A stretch of 32,000 nucleotides of DNA, from positions 1,080,001-1,112,000 of the forward strand of contig CP010424.1 of assembly GCA_000830275.1 (NCBI GenBank), read 5' to 3'. The notes beneath the pieces are model-generated. The model saw nothing but the letters and a program-made list of their open reading frames with translations. It was not told where the DNA came from and searched no databases. Both the position numbers and the translations under genes were made by a program. This DNA comes from an archaeon GW2011_AR10 (GTDB lineage Archaea > Iainarchaeota > Iainarchaeia > Iainarchaeales > GW2011-AR10). The number at the start of each line of letters is the position of its first letter. The stretch's first letter is position 1. Positions 16,083-22,836 of the stretch are shown here, piece after piece.

Positions 16083-16127
16083 ACCTCCTTTTAAAGTGTT
16101 TAAAGCATTAATTTACTTATAATAATT
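16083..16127 (-). promoter_or_regulatory. Shine-Dalgarno GGAGGT (16083-16088) and TATA-like AATTATTATAAGT (16115-16127) upstream of the candidate major pilin gene
   Basis: The minus strand reads ...aattattataagtaaattaatgctttaaacactttaaaaGGAGGTcaaggaATG. The SD lies 6 nt from the ATG. This is the only sizeable intergenic gap (78 nt) inside the pilin block. Confidence 0.5.
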
Positions 16128-16154
16128 CTTTCTTCTATTTAAATGTTTTGTGCT

Positions 16155-16334
16155 TTAAGGCGTTGATTCGAAGCCTGTAACTGTTCTTTCAAGTTCTTCC
16201 TTTGCTTCCTGCTGGCCTGTTGTTGCAATGCTTTTCAAGTACAAGCCAATTATTGCTGCTGTAAGAGTTATTCCGCCCAAAATCAGCAGCAGTTCAACTG
16301 AACTCTGCGCTCTTTCCTCCTTCAATAGCCTCAT
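16155..16334 (-). CDS. Small class III signal peptide pilin (59 aa; absent from the ORF track)
   Basis: Hand translation gives MRLLKEERA|QSSVELLLILGGITLTAAIIGLYLKSIATTGQQEAKEELERTVTGFESTP*. The ATG at 16334 directly follows the upstream stop (16335-16337). Confidence 0.75.
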   Translation of the reverse strand: MRLLKEERAQSSVELLLILGGITLTAAIIGLYLKSIATTGQQEAKEELERTVTGFESTP

Positions 16335-17267
16335 TTAACTCACCAAGTTCATTGAAAGCAATTGCCCTAAAATATAGGTAGTGTAAGCCACAAGTAATAG
16401 GATTGGAAAGTATATAATGCTTTTGCTTATCCTGCCCTCCCTCATAATTGCAATTACTAGGCTTGCTGCAAAAACCTCTACAAGGAGGTAAATTTGGATG
16501 CCTAGGTTAATGATGCTGCTTGCGCTCTCAGCCCTCTGAATAATCAACTGGTCTTTGCTTATTTTTGCTGCAGTGCTTATCAGCACTGAGCTTATTGTTG
16601 CCACGAAACCGAAAATTAGTGGCGCAACGAAGCCTCCAGCAGCAACCATGAACAGCACTTGGAGAATTGTCCTAGTTTTTCTTTCAGCATTAATTCTGTG
16701 GATTGCCCTTACATCCTCGCTTATTTCATCCAGAATGTCCGCGAGGCCTGCTCCTGCTTTCACTGAGTCAATTATGATTGTGACGGTTCTCTTCACAAGC
16801 CTTGAGTCCACGTTCTGGCTTAAAGAGCTTAGCGCTGTTTCAAAGTTGTCTCCTTCCTCAAGTTTTCTAAGAACAGTGTTGATTTCTTTTTTCAAATAAC
16901 CATATTCAGCGCTTGCAACTTCTCGCAATGCATACTCGTAAGTGCCACCAGCCCTTAAAGTGTCAGCCATCTGCTTTAATGCATCAGAAAGGTTCCTTTC
17001 AATGTCGTCAATCCTCTGCGATGCCTTAAGGTAAGGGTAGCCAATCATTATATCGGCTATTACAAGGAACATAATAATTCCAAGCTGCCAGAGCTCTGGC
17101 ACCAACAGAATTATTGCCGCACCAACAACAAACGAGACAAGGAATGAAAGAATTATCCAAAGTACTGGGTCAACCTTGAAGTCTATTTGCTTCAAGTAAA
17201 GAGAGTACTTTTTTAGGAAACCGATTCTTTCCAGCAGCGGGATTTTTTTGGTTAAGTCAAGTGTCAT
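16335..17267 (-). CDS. Type II secretion system F-domain membrane protein (TadC/FlaJ-half-like pilus platform protein)
   Basis: 310 aa with a single T2SS-F-like cytoplasmic helical domain (LSDALKQMADTLRAGGTYEYALREVA) flanked by TM segments. Confidence 0.8.
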   Translation of the reverse strand: MTLDLTKKIPLLERIGFLKKYSLYLKQIDFKVDPVLWIILSFLVSFVVGAAIILLVPELWQLGIIMFLVIADIMIGYPYLKASQRIDDIERNLSDALKQMADTLRAGGTYEYALREVASAEYGYLKKEINTVLRKLEEGDNFETALSSLSQNVDSRLVKRTVTIIIDSVKAGAGLADILDEISEDVRAIHRINAERKTRTILQVLFMVAAGGFVAPLIFGFVATISSVLISTAAKISKDQLIIQRAESASSIINLGIQIYLLVEVFAASLVIAIMREGRISKSIIYFPILLLVAYTTYILGQLLSMNLVS

Positions 17268-17270
17268 TCA

Positions 17271-18434
17271 TCACACCCTCGGTTGGACAAATTTCAGGTA
17301 AACAAGCAAAAGCGCAATAACAAGCGGCATTATCAGCGCGTAAAAGATTATTATAAACTGTGGAGTAAGCTGGAATGCCTGTGAAAAGTTTACTCCTAAT
17401 GGTGCATTGGTTACTGCGCCAATTATTGCTACAAAAACAGGCAGAACAATTGCACCGAAAATGAATATTACCCCAAAAAAATTCATTTTTTCCGCGAAGT
17501 CCCTTATCTTCATTCTCAGCTCGAATGAAACGTCCTCAGCGATTTCCCCCATAACGTTTGAAAGGTTGCCGCCGGTTTTAAGCGCCCTGATGACGTGGAA
17601 CAAGGCGCTCCTCAGCGCTCTTGACTGGGTTCTCAGCGCGAAGTGCCTTAACGCGTCTTTAGTGTCAGTGCCCTCCTCTATCTCATTAATTGTTCTTGAA
17701 AACTCGTCTGATAAAACCCCGTAATCTGACTGCGCTATTGCCTGCAGCGCTTTGTAGAGGCCTATTCCTGCCTTTAATTCTGTTGCCATGTGCCTTAATG
17801 CGAAAGGAAGTTCAACACTCATTTCGTCGCCTCTTCTTTGAGCAATTGTCTTGGGTATAATCATCACAAGTATGAGCGTAATGAAGAAGAACAGGATTCC
17901 AATCAACAGCGCGCTCCAGATGGGCCATGCCCATAAAAACGAGACTATTGCCCCTATGACCATTCCAAAAATCAGGCCTATTGCGGCTGAAGCAACGCTT
18001 AATGCAAGGTATTGCTGCGCTGAAAACTTCATGTTTGCGCTGTAAAGGTAGTATGCTAACTCTTTTGCTATTGGAAACCTCCTGAGGTTTCGGGTTAGTG
18101 GCTTGAATAGGAACTGGAATGAGAGGTAAAAGTTTCCAAGCTGCCTTATTATTGGGGATCTAAACTCTTTCAGCTCTTCAACAGGCTGAACGTTTATTTT
18201 TGCTGCTTCCCCTTCCGCTATTATGCCGCGCAGCTCGCTAAGCCTTCCCCCAACTTCTTCAAATTCAATGCCTTGCTCGCGGTACTTTTTCTTCATTTTG
18301 GCGACTATTTTTTCAACCTGCTCCAGGTCAACGGTTTCCGGCTCGGCTAATTCATCCTTTCCAGGGGCTTTTATGTCTGCCTTCTTGCTCTCAATTTTTT
18401 TCCTTAAGTCATCAATTGAAGGCACGCTTTCCAC
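17271..18434 (-). CDS. Type II secretion system F-domain membrane protein (TadB/FlaJ-half-like pilus platform protein)
   Basis: 387 aa. The T2SS-F-like block is LPFALRHMATELKAGIGLYKALQAIAQSDYGVLSDEF plus TM segments. The start is GTG and overlaps the ATPase stop region. Confidence 0.8.
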   Translation of the reverse strand: MESVPSIDDLRKKIESKKADIKAPGKDELAEPETVDLEQVEKIVAKMKKKYREQGIEFEEVGGRLSELRGIIAEGEAAKINVQPVEELKEFRSPIIRQLGNFYLSFQFLFKPLTRNLRRFPIAKELAYYLYSANMKFSAQQYLALSVASAAIGLIFGMVIGAIVSFLWAWPIWSALLIGILFFFITLILVMIIPKTIAQRRGDEMSVELPFALRHMATELKAGIGLYKALQAIAQSDYGVLSDEFSRTINEIEEGTDTKDALRHFALRTQSRALRSALFHVIRALKTGGNLSNVMGEIAEDVSFELRMKIRDFAEKMNFFGVIFIFGAIVLPVFVAIIGAVTNAPLGVNFSQAFQLTPQFIIIFYALIMPLVIALLLVYLKFVQPRV

Positions 18435-21400
18435 CCCTGCTCAGCAGGTATTTTTCGCATTCAGTTGAAACCCTGTTTATGTCCCTTACATCAGTTTCAA
18501 CCAACTTCTTTAACACTTTTTCCCTTTCCTTAATTTCCGCTTCAATCTGTTTTCTTTGCATTCCTGTAAACCTTTCAAGCACTTTGAGGTAATTAACTGG
18601 CGCACTTGTTCTCTTTAAACTGTCCGTTGCGGCATCATACTCGAATATTGCCTGGGTTTTTGTTTTTCCTTCAAGCACGCCGTATACCTCAGAAATTTCT
18701 GTAATCCTCCTGATAGTACCCTTCTTTTTGTCGTGTAGCCTGTGCTCAACAATTATGAAGTCAAGGCCGCTCATCATTATTTCCGGCACGTTCATCGGGG
18801 GAGAAGTAATCCTTACAATTGTTTCCTCCGGCGAATTAGCGTGAACTGTGCCAAGGCAGTTTGAAACAAATAGGCCGTTTGCAATGTAATTGTGGTTGTC
18901 TTTTACAGTCAAGTCATACATATAACCATTGAACTCTTCTTCTTCAATTTTCACAATTTCCTCAAATCGGAAATCTGAATTGACTAGCATTAAAACCTCT
19001 TTGCCCATTGAAGTGTTAGCGGTAATATTTGCGATTTTTTCTAGCTGGTTTCTTGAAGGGCTTCTTTTATTTGTTTCATATGCCTCAATGGTTGACCTTG
19101 TCTGCGTTCCCATTAATGAAGCCAGTTCTGTTTGCGTCATTGAAGCATCATTTCTTGCTTTTCTAATCAGTGCAGAAATTTTTGGGAACAAATCTTTTGC
19201 ATTTTTTGAACTTAAAATTAATTTTTCAAGTTTTTTACTTTTTTCAGCATGCCCAAATCCTATTTTGTTTGCAAATTTTTCTAAATTGTCCTTTCCATAA
19301 ATTGATACCCTATAATATGGCCCAATTTTTCCTTTTCCGTCCCTTTCTTGGGTGTTTAGCGATGAATGAATGCCAAATCTTTGAATTATCATTGGAAGCT
19401 TTCTGGCTATCCTGGGGTTGGAGGTTGAAAACTGAATTGATTGAGAGTGAAGATTTACGTGAGCATCTGCATCAAATAAGCCCCTGATAAGTTTTCCAAG
19501 CCCTGATTGGCTCGCGGTCAAAACTTTTTTATTTAATTCAAAAATTTTTGTCTTGTTTCCAAGAGGGATGTCATATTCGTTTACGATTTTTTTGACCAAT
19601 TTTTTGTCATAAACATTTACTCTTGAAAAGCCACCGAAATCTTTGATTGAAATCTTATTTTTTGTAACTTCCCCAATTCCCCTTTCAAAACTTTGTATAA
19701 GGGACGGTTCTTTGTTAACAAACTGGATTCCTTCGCTGTGGATGTGCCCGTCTCCGTAAATTAAACCCATAAGATACGGTTTAATTATTTCTTCACTTGC
19801 ATTAATTGGAATTTGCTTTGGAAACGCAATAAAGTCCCCTTTTTTTGCTTCTTCTGCATTTATTTCCTGAATGCCATTGTTTATTCTGTAAATGGGGTGG
19901 TCTTCAGTTAACCTAATTTCTTTGCCTGACTTGGTTTTAATTCTTCTAATTTTTTGTCTTGCATTTTTTCTCCAAACCCTTATTACTGGGTTATCCTCAA
20001 TTTTAAACGTTTTTTTGTTGAAGCTTGGGACAAATATTTCCCCCTTAATATCAACAAATTCAAAGTCCCCTTCTTTTAAGGGATTTTTTTCCATGAATTT
20101 ATTTTCAACAAAATTTCCTATTTCCTCAATGTTGCCATTAGAAAACTGAATTAATGTATCGCCTGTTGTTGCACCATCATGGCCCGTATTCATTGCAGTG
20201 AACAATGAGAATGCCTCATCGTGCCTTATTTCTCCTACAATTATCCTGTCAGGCCTCATCCTCAAAGAGTTCTTGGTTAAAATGTCAAGGCTTATTTCTC
20301 CTGTTCCTTCAATGCCCGGCGGCCTTCCCTCAAACCTTATCCAGTGCTTGAGCGGAAGATTCAATTCAGCAGTGTCTTCGATTGAAATAATTCTCTCGTG
20401 CCTTGGAATAAATGATGCCAGCACGTTCAATGTTGTTGTTTTGCCGCTTCCAGTGCCGCCTGAAATGACAATGTTTGCAGGCTTCACTCCCATGCCTTCA
20501 ACGCAAGCCCACAGAAAAGCTGAGGCTTCCAGTGTCACAGTGTTCATTTTAATCAAATCAATCATGGAGAAAGGGTCTCCCCTAAATTTCCTGATAGTTA
20601 AAGTTGCACCGCTGACTGAAGCCGGAGGGATTGTTGCGTTGACCCTGCTGCCGTCAGGCAGCCTTGCATCCAGAAGAGGAGCCGAAATGTCAATCCTTCT
20701 TCCCACTTGCCGTGCAATCCTGTTAACCAAGTCAATTATTTCTTGGTCAGAGAAAAACTCAATGTTTGTTGTCATCATCTCATACTGCCTGTGGAAAACG
20801 TAAACAGGCTGGCCTTGGCCGATAACCATTATTTCCTCAAGTTTGTCGTCGTTAACCAGCGGGTCAATCATGCCGTAGCCAACCATTTCTCTTACAACTG
20901 CATCAGCGTAAAAGTCAAACCTTGAGGCAGGAATGTTTAATTCAGGCGAGCTGCGTATTATCTCCATTATTCGCTGATAGTAAACGTTTCTTTTCTGCTC
21001 CGGGTCCCTGATTTTGTAAGGAGTGATGCTGATAATTCTTGTTGCCGCTTCCTTTATGGTGTTAATGATTGTTTTCTCTGTGCCAGCGGAGCGCGGCACC
21101 GGAGTCCAATAGTATAGCAGGGGCTCCCCCTCAACCCTGTAAATTTTTATGTTCCCATAAGAGTCTATTTCCTCCTTTTCTGCCTGCTCCATTTGTTTTT
21201 CGGTTTTGGATTTGGCTGTCTTAACTGGAAGGCGCTGTTCAGTTGCAGGGGCAACTTCCAAAGCCTCTTGTTCTGTTTCCTTAACTGCTTCGGGTTTTTT
21301 TCTGGAGCTCGGTTCCTTTACTGATTCCCTTGGAATAACAATTTTTGTAAAAATTTTTGCAGGCTTAAACGGTTCTATTTCAGCAGGGGCTGCTTTGCGT

Positions 21401-21567
21401 TGAGCTTCTCCCTCCGGCATCCTTTTGAGGGCCTCAATGATTTTCTGCTTCTTTTGTTCCTTCTCTTCCTCGGCTTTTGAGTCAGCAACGCCTGCCTTTT
21501 TCTTCTTCATTTGCTCAATCAAGTCACCCATATAGCTAGGCATGGCTAATCCATTATGAAGACGCAT
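18412..21567 (-). CDS. FlaI/VirB11/TadA-family type IV filament assembly ATPase, interrupted by an intein (613-aa extein)
   Basis: Walker A GGTGSGKTT lies at nt 20434-20460. Walker B and Asp box read RMRPDRIIVGEIR. The His box NTGHDG is split from CLGTVHANS by 438 aa. There is a K/E-rich N-terminal extension of about 140 aa. A TATA-like GTTTAAATAA (21573-21582) sits only 6 nt from the first ATG, so the true start may be the ATG at 21543 (MPSYMGD). Confidence 0.9.
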   Translation of the reverse strand: MRLHNGLAMPSYMGDLIEQMKKKKAGVADSKAEEEKEQKKQKIIEALKRMPEGEAQRKAAPAEIEPFKPAKIFTKIVIPRESVKEPSSRKKPEAVKETEQEALEVAPATEQRLPVKTAKSKTEKQMEQAEKEEIDSYGNIKIYRVEGEPLLYYWTPVPRSAGTEKTIINTIKEAATRIISITPYKIRDPEQKRNVYYQRIMEIIRSSPELNIPASRFDFYADAVVREMVGYGMIDPLVNDDKLEEIMVIGQGQPVYVFHRQYEMMTTNIEFFSDQEIIDLVNRIARQVGRRIDISAPLLDARLPDGSRVNATIPPASVSGATLTIRKFRGDPFSMIDLIKMNTVTLEASAFLWACVEGMGVKPANIVISGGTGSGKTTTLNVLASFIPRHERIISIEDTAELNLPLKHWIRFEGRPPGIEGTGEISLDILTKNSLRMRPDRIIVGEIRHDEAFSLFTAMNTGHDGATTGDTLIQFSNGNIEEIGNFVENKFMEKNPLKEGDFEFVDIKGEIFVPSFNKKTFKIEDNPVIRVWRKNARQKIRRIKTKSGKEIRLTEDHPIYRINNGIQEINAEEAKKGDFIAFPKQIPINASEEIIKPYLMGLIYGDGHIHSEGIQFVNKEPSLIQSFERGIGEVTKNKISIKDFGGFSRVNVYDKKLVKKIVNEYDIPLGNKTKIFELNKKVLTASQSGLGKLIRGLFDADAHVNLHSQSIQFSTSNPRIARKLPMIIQRFGIHSSLNTQERDGKGKIGPYYRVSIYGKDNLEKFANKIGFGHAEKSKKLEKLILSSKNAKDLFPKISALIRKARNDASMTQTELASLMGTQTRSTIEAYETNKRSPSRNQLEKIANITANTSMGKEVLMLVNSDFRFEEIVKIEEEEFNGYMYDLTVKDNHNYIANGLFVSNCLGTVHANSPEETIVRITSPPMNVPEIMMSGLDFIIVEHRLHDKKKGTIRRITEISEVYGVLEGKTKTQAIFEYDAATDSLKRTSAPVNYLKVLERFTGMQRKQIEAEIKEREKVLKKLVETDVRDINRVSTECEKYLLSRGGKRAFN
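18859..20172 (-). mobile_element. 438-aa intein with LAGLIDADG homing-endonuclease domain and an XRE-type HTH; starts with Ala1, ends Ser-Asn, +1 Cys
   Basis: Junctions were read from the DNA: ...AMNTGHDG|ATTGDTLIQFSNG... and ...HNYIANGLFVSN|CLGTVHANS. Block A is xxxGDTLI and block B is RLTEDHP. The LAGLIDADG motifs are YLMGLIYGDGHI and LIRGLFDADAHV. Blocks F and G are YMYDLTVKDNHNYIANGLFVSN. Confidence 0.85.
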
Positions 21568-21673
21568 TTCTCTTATTTAAACATTGCTTTGCGTTTTTTT
21601 TCTCAGCAGCCCAAGCACAGGCCCTTGTCTTTATGTTCAAGAGGGCTAATGCTTTTGAAGATGGAGACTGCTT

Positions 21674-22804
21674 TCATTTAGTGGCTTGCGCTTCCTGTTT
21701 TCCCATGAAGCCGTCAAGCACATTTAGGTTAAAGTTGAACAGGAAAACGTAAACAGGAGTTAAAACTAGCAGAATCACATACTGCAGTGCCACAAAAATT
21801 GCAATCAAAATCGTGGCTCCACCCAGTGCAACAACAATTAATAGCGCCATATTTCCCTGCAGCACCGGGTAAAGCAGAACGCCTAGTGCGATCACTGCAA
21901 TCATAAGAAAAACCGTGAAAATTGCCACAAAAAGCCCTATGATAAAGGCTAGTCCCATCAAAACAAGCAAGAACGCTATCTGCAATGCAATCAAAATGAC
22001 TAGCTCTACGGGTTTGCTGAAACCTATTAGAATTCCCTGCAATAGTGCGCTGAAAGCATTAATGTTTTTCCTGTACATCAAATAAACGCCGAACTGCCCC
22101 AAAAAATAATTCACCGCTGCAAAGAATACCAATCCGATAATTCCTACAACTGCCAGGAGCACAAGCGTGCTCGAGTCCTTCAAGAAAGCAAGCTGCGGCA
22201 GAACGCTTTCAAGCCCCAAGCCAGGTGAAAATAGATTCCAGAAAAAGCCAATCAATGCAAGAACCAAGAAAACAAGAAACGGAAGCATGGCAAGAAAAAT
22301 CATTGTTTCAAGCAGTGAGAGGCTGAATCCCTTTGAAATGTTTGATGGAATTGATCGAACGCTTACTTCGCCTGTTTCAGCGCCTCTTATTGCGGAAAAC
22401 ATTGCTGCGTTCCCCAAAATCCTTAAAAAAAACATAATGACGAACAGCACTATTAACACAACGATTATCCAGAAAATTATTCCTTCAAAATTAATTTCCG
22501 AATCATTAAGCACTGCTAAAGCGCTTGCAATTGTATCGACATTGTTTTCTTCCTGTGCAACTGAAGAGCTGATGCCATTTTCGAGGCCGCCTGATGGTCT
22601 TTCCTGCAGCACATCAAAAAAACCTGAAAAATCTCCTGAACCAAAATTGAAGTTTGCCCCACTATAGAAGCCGCTGCCAGTGAAAAGAGTGAAAACAAGG
22701 AGAATGAAAGCAAATCGCAGCCACCTTCCAACCATGTTCGGTTTGTTAAAGAAGGCTTCTGTCTGCTTGAAGCTTTTTCCCAGTGCATCAGTTGCGATCG
22801 GCAT
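21674..22804 (-). CDS. Polytopic membrane protein, function unknown
   Basis: 376 aa with 8 or more hydrophobic segments. It lies immediately upstream of the pilus ATPase in the same orientation. No recognisable catalytic motif. Confidence 0.6.
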   Translation of the reverse strand: MPIATDALGKSFKQTEAFFNKPNMVGRWLRFAFILLVFTLFTGSGFYSGANFNFGSGDFSGFFDVLQERPSGGLENGISSSVAQEENNVDTIASALAVLNDSEINFEGIIFWIIVVLIVLFVIMFFLRILGNAAMFSAIRGAETGEVSVRSIPSNISKGFSLSLLETMIFLAMLPFLVFLVLALIGFFWNLFSPGLGLESVLPQLAFLKDSSTLVLLAVVGIIGLVFFAAVNYFLGQFGVYLMYRKNINAFSALLQGILIGFSKPVELVILIALQIAFLLVLMGLAFIIGLFVAIFTVFLMIAVIALGVLLYPVLQGNMALLIVVALGGATILIAIFVALQYVILLVLTPVYVFLFNFNLNVLDGFMGKQEAQATK

Positions 22805-22836
22805 TTTCCTTAGAATAGATTGGTGGTTTTGCCTAT

